A DNA stretch of 64,000 bases from Hydrolagus affinis (GCA_012026655.1 JAAILG010001016.1:1-64000), one strand, 5' to 3'; numbered from the stretch's first letter, positions 1-12,986 are shown. Program-made: numbers and translations. The notes: generated by a model not told the origin, from the letters alone.

Positions 1-3000
1 ACCCTAATACTAAGTGCTGATAGGTCATAATGCTCCTGCTAAACCTGTCCTCCTAAACCTTACCAGAATTTCACATGCAGTTACCCTTATAACGAACAGA
101 GTTCAAATACGAGCTGAATTTATCTTCTTGTAGATGATTGTGGACATCTGCCTGGCTCTAGACTTGCACCGTTCCCTTAATAATTCAATCATTAGCAAAT
201 TCTTAAATTCAGTGTGAATTTTCTATATTTCTTAAGAACAACCTGCAGGAAACTCACTGGATTCATGAATTTGACAACATTTGCACTCTATGAAATGTTA
301 ATAGTTGAAGTGTAGAAAAAGGTGGAATTTCTCGTTTGGCACTTCTTTTGGATAACAGGATCTGTTGGTATCTTCCCTTTGTCTATGCAGTGTACAGTAT
401 AATTCTCACAAAATGCAACCTGCAATCTTGTATAACAGTACAGTGTGATTTCCATGTAAAAAGTAATCGGAGCCATTCCATTTACAAGTAACATAATGTC
501 AGCAAGCATGTAACCAAAGTATAATGACTTCACATGTTCAGCCCACTAAAGTCTCTTGTACTAAGTAAATCAAATACCATCTGTCTGCTCCTACCCCAGT
601 GGAGCTTATAAAAAAGGACATTTTCCATAAAGGATGATTTGCATCAGTTTCATGATTAACTTTTTATTTATTTTTGCCTTTGTTTCGAAAGAAAGCATTT
701 GACTTTTGTTTTTCCCCACAAAAAGTAAGCAATGGGATGCTTGTGTGTGTCTGTGTGCGGGAGAGGTGGAGGGGGGTGGGGTGCAAATCTATGAACAAAT
801 GTAAGTTCAGCTGCAGGAATGTGACAGACAAGAGGAAAAACCTTAAAATCTACATCCAAATTGGTCTGTGTTTCAAAATGTTTAAATTAAGAACATCTCA
901 ATGCATCAGTGTTTACAAAATATATATTTTTCTTGTCTCCATTGTGCTATGTAAAGACTGTAACTGCAGCAACACTATAGACAACTTAACAAGAAGCTCT
1001 TGCCAATTGGACATGTGAAAGGTGTGGCATTCTGTCCTTTGTTTCCTACATAGTCTCTGAACTTGACTGCATTGGTTGTGAAATATCACTAAGATCAGCC
1101 TATGAAGTCTGTAATACACACTTCTGGGCACAACCATTGTAAAATGTGTTAGGGTGTGGCATGTAGGGTGGGAGTTCGGTAGATGTAGCAGAGAGGATTG
1201 ACTCCAACACACTCAGACGAGTATGTTGGAGTCAACACACTCGGACGAGTTGATGCATGTCATGTGTGTCATGCCAGCAATAGCCACAAGCCAATCAATG
1301 ACAGTGTTTGGAACACAATAGAATGCTTGATGCAAATTATTTCATAGAGTTATGTGGTTAGAAACTGTCACAAACCATGGCTTATCTTCTTTATGGGAAG
1401 AATATTTAACACAGTACTGGTATTGTGAGGACTTGATTGCTATAATGGTTCATTCATAAATAAAAGTTCTGTTATTGATTGTCTTTGCAATCATTCACAA
1501 CGAAGTAACACATTCGAATGTACAATAAGAATTAGCAGATATTTGTGTAACAAAATTTATGACAGGAACATGACTTGATTTCATTGACAAATTAGTTCTC
1601 AGTGCCTGCAGAAAAAAAGTTGGAAAATAGATATTTATGAATTTAATAAAACTTAGTAAACATTTTATAGCAGCTGGACTAATTTAATTCAAAATATATA
1701 TGAATACATTCTGTACCTTATTGTGAACTAACATAGAATTCGTTAAATTTTTGATACATGTGACATGATTATCCTTACAGAGCGTTAAACCCTTGGTTAC
1801 TTTTGTGTCTAATGAGTGTGAGTTAGCTTCTCCACTTTTATATAGCCACAATACCTAGTCAAATACCATAGTCCACTGTCCTGGCAGTAAATAATCCAAT
1901 GTATGACGTCCTCTGGATGTAATAGTGCATAGATCTTTAATTAACATTCAGTAAACGTCTCTCCACTAAAACCCTATTTAGTTTTTGAAAATAATGGAGC
2001 CCACATTTATTGTTCACAAAAGAATGTGTCCAGTTCTGCACATCACCTTTAAAGATACTGGGTTTCAGTTACACAGATTGTGAGCATGCTCTCCTATGTG
2101 TTGGCTTGACAAGATGTATCTCTGTCACTGTAGGTTTTAGTATGCAGGGAGCAAGTGTATGGAGATAAAAGGAGAAATGTCTATCTTTCATTCCCAGGCA
2201 ATGCCGAATAAGTTATCAACGAACTAACATACAAGTCTGAATAGACTCTTTTGCCAGCAGTAAGATGTTATCTGTCTCGACATGTGAATTCCTCCCCGAT
2301 GTCAATCCGTGAAAGTGCTGAAGAAAAATCTCTAATAAAATCAACCAGACATACCACTGGGCTGTGGACAGCCCCCTCTCTTTCTGTTTCTCTGTCTACG
2401 TCTCGCTATCTTTCTTGATGTAAGGCTATTGAGATGTGTTAATTGTCAAGCCCCCCCCTGCTTTTTTTTTAAAAAAACTTTGCATTGGCTCTCCTTTTGT
2501 GTTTGACTCTTCTCTTTATTCAAGCATGCAAATTTTTCATCTTACCCCAGAATATTAAAAAGGAGGATATCACTTGTCATTGTGAAACCAGAAAATACGT
2601 TGGCTAGTGGTGTCAAGCTGAGAGAGTTCCACTATTCTCTGCTTCTACCAAACATAGTTCCACGTGAATTCAATTATGTTTCCCTTTAGAATTCAATGTG
2701 GCTACAAACACCGTTTTAGATTTTAAATGTTGTTGCCTTTTATTTAATATGAGGATTTTTTTTTAATAGTTCATCCTACACATTCTCCTATTTTTTTTCA
2801 AAATCCCTGGGCCCCAGTTGGGACTGCTCCTGGGGTCTTGGTGTCAAATGTCAGGCCTTGTACTAAGCTGTCAAAGAGGAGAATAGGCTTAGATGATGGA
2901 TGACTGGAGAGACTGTAACCCAAACCTCTGTGCAACTGCTACCTACGAAAGCAGGCTACCCACAGTCACTCCTCAAGGTCAGTGCACATACCATTACACC

Positions 3001-4084
3001 CACTGGTTTCTGCTTTGCAACAAGACTACATTCATTGCTGCCTTCTTCCCATTTCCTAAAATCCAGCCAAATTTTCAGCCACTTAATCCCAATGAAAACA
3101 CGGCCTTTTTCTTTTGCACTTGTCGCTTGCCGAACGAGTACAACGGAGACAAGGAGCTGAAACTTAGCACAAGTCAGATGACAAGATTATTAATGGACCG
3201 AGCAATGTCATATCTACTTTCATGCATATTCATGGTCTGGTTGTGCAGATGGGGCTGTGACTGACTGAAAGTTTCTTCCCCCTGTGCAGCAAATACAAAT
3301 TACATATATGTACAATGTATAAATGCTTGATCAAACCTACAACATGTTCACAAGTCTATTTGCATTTTGCCCATCAGCCTGTGCTCTCCTCTTCATTAAT
3401 ATCGCCATAGCATATTGCTTACATTTTTAACATCTTAGTCATATTCTAGTTTTAATAAATATTAACACAAAAACATCGTTGCATTGTAAGCAACTAAATA
3501 TTTAATGTTTGAATCTTTTGTTTTATTGCCTGGACTTCATGTCTTGTGTAATCCATGCCTTTCGAAACATAGCAGATTGCTGTGGACTTTACACATTTTT
3601 AAGAACAATTTTGTGGGGGGAAGAAATGCTGCAAGAAATCATGAAAATATTCCCAATGCTGAGTGTACTTACAATTACAAATTCTGAACCATTTTGCTGC
3701 TTTACTTCAAGAACTTTTTTTTCTCTCTCTCCCAGCCCATAATGAAGTCTAAATAGCACTTATTTAATTTAATTAACGTTAATCACCAGTGTAAGGGTTT
3801 GGGGTTCTCTTTGATCTTATGCACAGGCAATGATTTTTAAGCCCTGATAACATCTCTGCCTGTAACTTCTGGCAAGCATGCCCTTTCTTCCAAGGATCTT
3901 GGGTCAAATTAAAGGTTAATGAATTCAGATGGAAGTTACGATTAACAGATCAGCTGGCAACAGGTCTAAATCTGCAGCTCTAAATATAAAATACAGCTCT
4001 TGTGCAATTCAACTGCCCAATGCTCCTGTGGAGACTCAATAAAGACCTTTAAAGGGCTGAAGGATTAACAAAGAGCGATGCCGA

Positions 4085-4103
4085 GGGCACCAGAGGGCAG
4101 TAG
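4085..4103 (+). promoter_or_regulatory. Candidate CTCF-like motif
   Basis: GCACCAGAGGGCAGTA is close to the CTCF core CCACCAGRGGGCRS, with one mismatch at the first position; motif match only. Confidence 0.3.
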
Positions 4104-4514
4104 AGGCCAAATCAGCTTGGGTGAGCACGTATTGGTTAGTTTATCAGAAGCTGGAACTGAAGAGTCACCAGTCTAGGCCCAAGGGTTCCTATAGATGTGG
4201 AATTGTATGTACCCACAAGGGTCAAGGACTTATAACCAACCAACCTCCCACGTAAGCCTTTCTTCATATCAGCAATGAGTTAGAATGGAGAATTTGCATT
4301 GTACATACATTGTTTTTATTTACAGGTCTATTTTGGCCTAGTTTTCCAAATCTCTATACATCATTTGTTTGCAAGTGAACGGGTGCAAGTAATAACCCAT
4401 TCTCCCTGGTTAAGTAGTATGCATGATATGCTCATAATCTTGTTCATCAGTTTCATAGTTTAGATATGTTTTAAAACTCATAGAACACCTGAATAAAAGA
4501 ATGAGATTAACCAT

Positions 4515-4708
4515 AATAACAACAACCACAACATTACACTTGTCTAGCACCTTTCACGTCAGGAAGATGTCCCAGTGGTTTGGGACTTTTTGTGAATGTA
4601 GAAAGCTGACATACTCTTAAGGTACATTTGTAAATAACACTTCAATGCACATGTACGTCCTCCTGACGTGAAAGGCGTCTCTATAAATGCAATTTTGTTG
4701 TTCTTGTA
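4515..4708. repeat. Inverted pair of L2-type SINE/LINE 3' tails
   Basis: CCTTTCACGTCAGGA (4550-4564) and TCCTGACGTGAAAGG (4661-4675) are perfect reverse complements; each arm runs outward into an (AAC)n/(GTT)n-like tail. The same tail type occurs near 10030-10090 and 55828-55880. Confidence 0.7.
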
Positions 4709-7700
4709 CATCATTCTGATAGAAAGAATACCCTGTCAAGCTCCTGACTGAAAGGCTGAAATGCCTTCCAGTTGCAGGCTTGGACTTCAGTTCCCTAATA
4801 TTTCACGGTTTGCTGCCCTCACCCCTTCCAAACACAGGCTGAATTGCAGGAAGCTTTGAGGAATTTTTGTTGAGCCACTAATCAGTAAACTATTGTGGAA
4901 GCTTAAGCAGATCTGCACGCATGTTAAACCAGAATTTAATACAACCGTGGGGGATTTTCAGCCATCCTGTGCACTTATTGCAATCGACTCTGAATAAATA
5001 CACACCTGACCCAAACATAATTCTGACCTTAGCACAGAATTCAAATGTATCAAGCCGTGCTCCAATCCCTTTAGTTCATGACCCGGCCATAACACTTAAG
5101 TACAAAATACTGATCGGAACGTGAAATGTTTCGCAGTGGTAGAATTTGGAACGCTCGCTAAATACATCTAATCCACTGCCAAGTTTCACTTAGCGACGAA
5201 AAGAAGTGCATTTCAGAAACTGAATCGTTTTGCGGGGGGAGAAAATGCTGTTGTTTGGTTAACATCTGCTGCTGTTGTTTTTGTATGGATTGAATTTCTG
5301 AATGAATGTATACGAGATGAAGATTTTCAAGCTAGCCAGCAGTTTGTAGAAATCCTGATCTAAACCTTGCCTGCCTGATTAGCAAAGCGACCAAGGGCTT
5401 TATCAACACAAGGCAAGTTTTAGAACCATAAAGTGCAATTCTGTGCAGGGTCCACCACCCAGCAGTATCAGATGTTTCATAAGATTATACAGAATTGTGA
5501 AGAATTCTTCATTTCAAAGACAGATCTTTTTAAGCACTTCAAAGGGTAAAAATGCAGAGAGAAAAGTGAAACTTTTGTCTCAAAACCGGTCAACAATAAA
5601 ACAACTTCCGAAATTTGCGGCAGTTCATCCATCACACATCCGATCAGAGATAATCCATCAAATTCATTATGAAACGCCACAAATGTTACCCCCATTCTGT
5701 TTTCAATTCTGTTAAGAAGAAGACTGAAGTTCCTGATATCTTATTTTTCCTACAAAAGTGCCACTTTGGAAATCTCAAAGTTCAGCAAATACCAGCAGGG
5801 GACAAATCCGCCCCTTTGCACAAAAGATCCCACTTTACTGTGAATCAGCTGACGCTTCATGTCACTGTCTTGCAATTTGTATTGTTTTACATCGTTGGTA
5901 TTCAGTAAGGTCTACGGATCCATGAACTCCTCTTACCCCCAAATAGGTAATGCTAACTTGATGCACAAGAATTTCATTCCTGTATTACCACCAAGTAGTC
6001 CAGAAATACAAACTGCTTTTACAGCTGCTTTGCTCAAAGTTTACAGCTAAATGTTTGCAGGCCCTGGAAAACATAATGAATAGAGCCTTTCGTCTCATAT
6101 TCATGTAGAAGGGAATAGTCGAAGTGAATTACAAGGATGCAACACTTATCAAGTATAATATACACAAGAGAAGGTTTCTTTTTTCCTTTTGTGCCAATCA
6201 AACAAATTGCTACAACAGCTTCTGATTTCCTATTGAGAACAAAGTTCTGTGTGACATTAAACAAAGGGTATTGCTAATTTTAGAATCTTAAATCCGAAGG
6301 CATATTACATTGTGTGACAGGACCTTTAGCATGTCAAGGTTACTTTTAACAGTGTGTTCGAAGAAAGTTCATCATTTTATGCACATCGTAAAGAAATATA
6401 CGTTTGTATTCAGGTACTGTACTTGGATTTTTCTTAAAAAGTATTTTAATTGTGTGTGAATGAGAGAGGTATTCCAATAAAACAACTGCAAAAAAAGAAA
6501 ACATTCTGCAGCTCCACAAAAGGTTTGCATTTAAACATCAGTTCACTGTAACACAACCTTTATGGTTGTGTACATCTCTGGTTCTGAGCAATATTCATTT
6601 TGATCCTGATGTGAGGCTTTTAAAAACATCTCTCCTGTATTCAGTGATTCTAAACTACAACTTGTATTGAGCAAACAGTGGTGGGTCATCAGAGTTCCTT
6701 TAGAGTTATCAACTCTAGATGGTAAGATGGTAACTCTAAAGTAATATGTGTGACTTTTTCAGCATTTACATGGCAATATTATCATATCAGAAATGGCTAA
6801 ATTATGTCTTATGTGAACATAATTTAAGAGTTGCTTTAATGTGTGCCATGATCCCTTTACTGTTATTATGGTAAGTCTTGACGAATTGCATGGATCTTAT
6901 AACTATTATATACCCTTTTCACAGATCTTTGTTGCTGTGCATATAACACGTTAACATATTGGTTGAGTGCACATACAGTGCCCTCTGTTTCAAATGCATT
7001 CAGACTATAATAAGTAATATGATGCAAATGGAACTGACTAGGAAATCCGAATATTTCTTCTAATTAAGGCAACGCTTCTAATCAATTGCAGACCCCAATT
7101 AATGGAAAGTTTTATTAATGCCTTCACTTCTGTTATAGTGTTTTAATGGCCTTGGTAAGCTCTTTAAAATGACACTAAAACAATCAAATGCAGTTAATTT
7201 CTCTTTTCCCTGGATATTGAAAATAAACAGTGAGGCTCCAATGTGTTCAGCATCTGCTGAACTTGTGTACCATAGGGAGGCATCACTTTGCTGGCCAGAT
7301 GCATGTTGATAATAATCTCAACAGGAAAGAATGGGAAGAGTGTTTTTACCTCTTTACTCGACTTATTTATGAGTGACCCAGTAATGTGCTGGTGACCTTG
7401 GGAAGTTTAGTTGAAGCTGGAATTATGTGCTGCCACTTGAGGTCTTATAGCCTGGATTTGCAATGACTGACAAACACTTGCTGTTGAAAAGCTGAGGGAA
7501 TGTGCATGTGTGTGTCTGTGCGTGCATGAAAGTAGGTGGTATATCATAAGCAGTTGGGGGATGGGAAAGTGCTCTCCAGTTCTTAATGAATGTCCTTTTA
7601 TCCCAAATTTCCAATGGGATGTAGGAAATTATGATTTTTTAAGCAGTTTTTTTTCATTGAGTTTTTAAAAAATATTTTTGTATTTTGAAAGGGTTATCAT

Positions 7701-8447
7701 ATTCATACTGATCTGATAATGCTTAAGAGGCTATTGATGTGATGCCAGACAGTGGGATCCTAGAGAGCAAGTGTTTGCCTAAATCATTTATCGTTTGTTT
7801 GCAAAATCCATTTCGAACACATCATCACACCACTTGAACACACCATCATTAAAATAATAATGATAATAATTAATTCTTGTTGATTTGGGTATAGTGCCTT
7901 TAAATATCAAAACTCTCAAATGACTTCACAAAGTCTCTGTAATGTTTAGTGTATTTGCAAGTGCAGAGATGCCCTGATCTTTAGCCTCTCTATTCCCTGA
8001 TTTTAAGTCTCTACATGCCCTCACCTCATGCCCACCCCAAATGAACAGCGAATGCCAAGTGCCTTCTTGTGAAATCAGACCCCCCCTTTAAAACAAAACA
8101 TTTGTAAAATCATTGAAACTTTAGGAAACCCAGAGGGGTGATTTGCCGTGGTGTGGCAGATGATCACTCAGGAGGCAGTTATATTTTTTTTAACATCTGT
8201 GCCTCACATATGGACATTTCACAATTTATGACATGGAAACCATAGGAAAAACATAACACACGATTTATCAAAGTATTGACTTCATTGAATATGAGAGCAT
8301 TAAAACATTTGGTAAGTGAGGGGGATGGGGGCAAACGTTGTTCTCCTCCATTCTCTTTGAAAGAGGTCTGAATTCTGCCCTAGCGAGCCGGTCTTTGCTC
8401 TATAGACATGTGTTCAAACGAGATATCTCCCAATCCACAGTGTGGTA

Positions 8448-8526
8448 TCATATATATATATCTATAGTATAGATATAATATAGATATATATACTGTATAC
8501 ATATATATATAGAGAGAGAGAGAGAG
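8448..8526. repeat. Compound (TA)n-(GA)n microsatellite
   Basis: Imperfect TA run followed by a GA run, read directly. Confidence 0.9.
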
Positions 8527-8564
8527 CAAGTTTGCAAGAGTGCAGGGAGCTCTGTTTCTATATT

Positions 8565-8745
8565 ATCCTTTGGGATTTGGATTCAAATTCAGCTCAGGCA
8601 GAAGGTATGAATGCCTCTCTCATCTAATGCTGCTACAGGTCCCATGTGAAATTAGACTTGGTGTGTCAATCTGGCTTCCTGTGAACAAGGAGCCATACTA
8701 AAACTCTTGAATGAAATTGGCATTAATTGCCAATGATCCTGCAAT
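8565..8745 (+). mobile_element. LF-SINE-like ancient SINE fragment
   Basis: Colinear blocks GGATTCAAATTCAGCTCAGG ... CATCTAATGCTG ... CCCATGTGAAATTAGACTTGGTG ... TTCCTGTGAACAAG ... AATTGGCATTAATTGCCA follow the recalled LF-SINE consensus order. Confidence 0.6.
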
Positions 8746-9374
8746 CTTTTTCTAAAGCCCTGTTTACAGTAGAAGGAACAAAATGGTACGATTTACACTC
8801 AATGGCAAACTGTGCCATGTAAACTGTTCAGAAGCGCACAAGTCACCACTCAATCCATGCATTTCGTATGTTATTAAATGCCAGTTATCTCCTGGGACAT
8901 CAATGTAGTACCTTGATGTTGTTGCACTGTTGCCCAGTGCTAATGGGAATGAAATTCCATCAGCAGCTTTCCAGTCAACCTACCTTTGCTTTGAAAATCA
9001 CATTCAACAACGCTTTTGCCTCCAGTGCACAAGCCATGATGTATACATTTAATATATCAGTGAATCTCTTATGCAAGAGGCCATGGGGAGGTGACAACAG
9101 GTGCGGTTGAGGGGAAGGTCTTAAAGTGGGATTTAAAGATAGATAAAGAGGTTAAGGGGTTAGTGGCTGAAGGCATGGTCATCGGTGCATAACATGTACA
9201 ATACATGCCACAAATCCTACTGCTGTTAAAAGATTATTCTGAATGTGGGCATGTTGGATATAGATACAAGAAAGTGTCTGTGTATGTATCTTGGAATACC
9301 TTGTTGAATTTTTTTTGCATAGGGTTTCACAGGTAAATATTAACTGTAATAGCTTTTCTTACATGGCAAAAATG

Positions 9375-9640
9375 CCACCTGTTTGCTATGTCCCAAAATA
9401 TAGCCACATGGTGAATGAACATTTTATCCGCAGGATTGTTGGCAAAAGCCCTGGGAGAAACTTCATTCTCTTTTCAGATAATGTCATTGGATCATTAATA
9501 TCCATAGACAGACAGGATCTCAGATGTCAACTGATAATCTGGCTCCTCAGGCAAAATCCTGCTGTGCTTTTTCTCATAGTGGTACTAGACAATCAGCCTA
9601 CACTATCAGTTCAAGTGTGGCTTGAACCCACTTCATTTAC
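9375..9640 (-). mobile_element. Old Deu-domain SINE, degraded
   Basis: TTGGCAAAAGCCCTGGGAGAAAC...ATGTCATTGGATC...ATCCATAGACAGACAGGATCTCAG resembles the reverse-strand Deu core also seen at 14530-14700 and 62940-63080. Confidence 0.55.
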
Positions 9641-11849
9641 ATGGAACAAATAATAATGCCTGTATGGAAGTCAAGTTACTGTTTGTGCAATAATGATCCT
9701 TACATTTGATATAGCACCTTATCATGTCTTCGAGATGTCTCAAAGCTGTATGAACATATTGGGTTGATTATGTGGCTATTAGTAAACTAGAAATGTCAGC
9801 TTTCTACCGTTTGCTATAAGATGCATTTAGAGAAATAATCAGAAAAGAAAATTTATATCTCGTAGGCCATTTTGCAGCCAACATGTTGCTTGCTGACTTT
9901 TTCCCAAACATTTGGCGCCTTTTCCTCTGACTAGGAAGCAAAACAACAGCTGTAATCATGCCTTCTTGTTAGAGGATTGATTAAAAAACATGAGGATGAC
10001 TTTTTATCAATGGTTCTTAACAATATCATGCAACAACAACAATAAAATTATATTTGTATAGTGCCTTTCACATCAGGAGGACTTCCCAAGGAGCTGGAGG
10101 TCAAAATGCTGTGACTATTATGCTTGTAGATTTACAAAGTTCCGGTTACTATAATTTGGGTAATCTCCCCTCTCTCCCTGGCGCTGTGTCAAGCTCTGCC
10201 ACTATTAAGATCTCTGACCATCTCCTAATGAAAGGTGCTAAGTTGTTGTCATTGTCTTCAGTTCAGCTATCTCATGTAGAAAAGAATTGGATGCTCATCT
10301 CAGATCCTGATCAAAAGTTCTTCAGAGGACATGCAAGGGCTCTAAATGTTGAATCCCAACTCAGCATTGATTATCATCACTGCTTCGTTTATTAACATGA
10401 TTGTTTTTGTACTATATTCTGCTTTATAACCATTTATGAATGCTATTCATATCTAGCATTTGGTATCCTTTTACCTTTGAGTATGAACAAGTATCCCCAT
10501 AGTTGAAATATCATAAACATGTAGGAGTAATATTTACATGATTTAATCTCCATCTCCTTTGCGCTAATTAACATGAGGAAAGGGTTAAGAGACTACCAAT
10601 TTTACCTCAAAATATAATCTACCTGATTTACAATTCTTGAACAAGTCAGTTTTCTTGAATGTTACCAGAGGATCTTTCCAGACCATCAATAGAAGCAGGG
10701 CAAGAATTAGAACATCTGATTAATTGATAGAAATCAACATTTGCAACACCAAGTACAACTCTAAACACTATTATGTGAGGAGGCATTAAAGCCCGCTAGC
10801 CTTCTGACCTAAAGGCATTTTACCTTGATGGATGGCTGAAGACATGCCAGATTAAGTATTAGAGAAGCATGTTGGGCCCTGTGGGAGGATTATATTTACC
10901 TGTAAATTGTGATCAAGCTCTGGCCTTGGTAGCAGACCTTCCAAAAACATTTCATTCCCAGTGCAGAATTTAAACAGTTTGGACAGTTTGACAAGCATCC
11001 TCCTGTTTCTTGTCCAGCATCATTCCAGCAATGAGTTTTTAACTTGCGGTGGCGTGGATTAAAAATGCTGTTTATTGTAAACTATAAGATTGCAAAATTA
11101 ATTCCAAGGTGTAGACAGATTATCACTTATATTTGGTCTTTTGGGTCTCCCGTGCACTGGACAAAATTACAGATCAGGCAGTTGTGAGAAACGTCAATTG
11201 AACATTCTATTAAAATAACATTTTGGAATTGAACAGCGAGTGATCTGTTATTGCAAATGCCATTTCCTTTTATGATTTCACCTCAATCTTTTAGATCTTC
11301 AGAGTCAGTTCTGGAGATATTTCTTTTGCAGTACCAGCTCATGCGCGTTTATATGGTATGGGGAAAAAAAATTAATTGCTTCTGTCTTCCTAAATGTAAC
11401 ATCAAACTTTCATGTTAAATGTGACTTTTTCCTCATGCTTTGATGCATCAATTGTATGTATATTTTTGTGGGACTTGTGTATATTAAATTGTTACCTATC
11501 AATTGTTTTTGGTGTGTACAGTCTAACATAAGAGTGGAGAACAATATAGTGTATTTGCATCATATATTAAATATATATAATGTAGGATTTATATAATATA
11601 TATATCACTGCTATATTATCATCTAACATTTATATGTGACAATAAGAACCTAATTGCAAAGTGATAATGACTTTAGCTGTGCTGCCTTTAACCAACTTCC
11701 CATACCGAAAAAGATAGGAACAGAAGAGGATTTTAATCAGAAAGACTTGGTGATAAAATGACTTCAACAGTTGGAGTTTGGTGATAATTATATCAATAAT
11801 TTCACCCAGCTCCCTGTTAATCACTAAGCATTGCACCACCACCCTGTCC

Positions 11850-12960
11850 TACAGTCAAATCATTTTAGAGCGTTTTGACAGCAGGTTGTCCAATAGTAAG
11901 TCCTCTTGAAGCCTAATGTGCAGTATCCTGCAGTGATTTCTGACAGTTCGCAGGGCAATAGTTGAGTTGTTATATTCTCCAGCTTGTGGATTAAGAGCCA
12001 ATAGGTCACTCAGAAAGTCAAGCTGAAATGTCTGTTTGCTTGTAATAATGATTCCACTTCTGATACAGACCCTGTGTTGAGCAATGTGAAGCCCTTCATG
12101 TCGCAGACAATAGATCTTTCTTGTTTTGGTTCTCGTTCCATCACTGTATTTTAGTTCAGCAATGGCACATGTGACCTCAATGCCTCCATACACCTTCATG
12201 CTTTGGAAGCAACCTTCTGTGGATATCAGAAGCAAAGATGCAGTCCATGGACGTTTCAGACCTCTCAAAGTCTGGATGAGTTTCTGCTGCCTTTTATCTT
12301 GGAGGCACTGGGTCATGAAGTTTAATAAAAGTTTTCAAAATTATCAGGGATTCAATAGGGTGAACAAGGAGAAACTATTTCCACTGGCAAGTAGTTCAGT
12401 AACCTGGGGACACAGATTTAAAATAGTTGTTAAAAGAAACAGAGGGGAGGAGAAGAGAAATGTTTTCACACGGCAAGTTGTTAGGACCTGGAATGTATGC
12501 CTGAAAAGGGTGGTGGAAGCTGAATTGATAACAACTTTTAAGAGAGAATTAGATAGTTATTTGGGGAGGACAGATTTGCAGGGCTATGGGTAGAGAGCAG
12601 GGAAGTGGGATTGATTTGGATGTTTCTTCTCAAAGAACCACCACAGACATGATGGGCTGAATGGCCTCCTTTCGTCCTGTATAATTCCATGATTGCATGT
12701 TGTGTGCTTACGTTTTGACAATTATTTTTCCAGCCCCTGTGAAGAGCATCTTTGGACACCAAAGACCCGATGTTTATAGCAAATATTGTATATTGGTTCC
12801 AAGGGCGGTTGCACATTCTTCTTCAGTTGCCATGTTAAGCCAAGCACTATCTTCCACACTATCATTAGCATCAGTAAGGAGATCTCTGTGATGTGAGATA
12901 CAACCATTCCTTCCCTATCTTCACCTGTACAACTACCTTGGATGGACCCAGCTTCTGCAA
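11850..12960 (-). mobile_element. Degraded RTE-like LINE ORF2 fragment, split by a CR1 insertion
   Basis: Minus-strand peptides KDALHRGWKNN, QDKRQQKLIQ, FQSMKVYG, LKYSDGT and a frameshifted FTLLN occur in the order recalled for the RTE endonuclease-RT linker. Confidence 0.5.
12319..12694 (+). mobile_element. CR1 LINE, 5'-truncated (ORF2 C-terminus plus 3' UTR)
   Basis: Peptide KLFPLASSSVTWGHRFKIV..RNVFTRQVVRTWN..KRVVEA..ITTFKRELDSYL..LQGYG is the typical CR1 ORF2 end; 3' UTR ATGGGCTGAATGGCCTCCT and terminal ATTCCATG (cf. ATTCTRTG); CATGA on both flanks. Confidence 0.9.
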
Positions 12961-12986
12961 GGAAATCCAGCAACCTTGGAGTTCAT

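Noticed and set aside
288-533. Minus-strand ORF ending RNSTFFYTSTINIS, reminiscent of a LINE ORF2 C-terminus
   Set aside because: Similarity is too short and degenerate to assign without a profile search.
2893-3264. 123-aa ORF (and similar ORFs at 674, 9291, 10054, 20406, 31455, 35635, 53930)
   Set aside because: No recognisable domain or exon structure; several overlap SINE/LINE relics or low-complexity DNA, and the lengths are compatible with chance.
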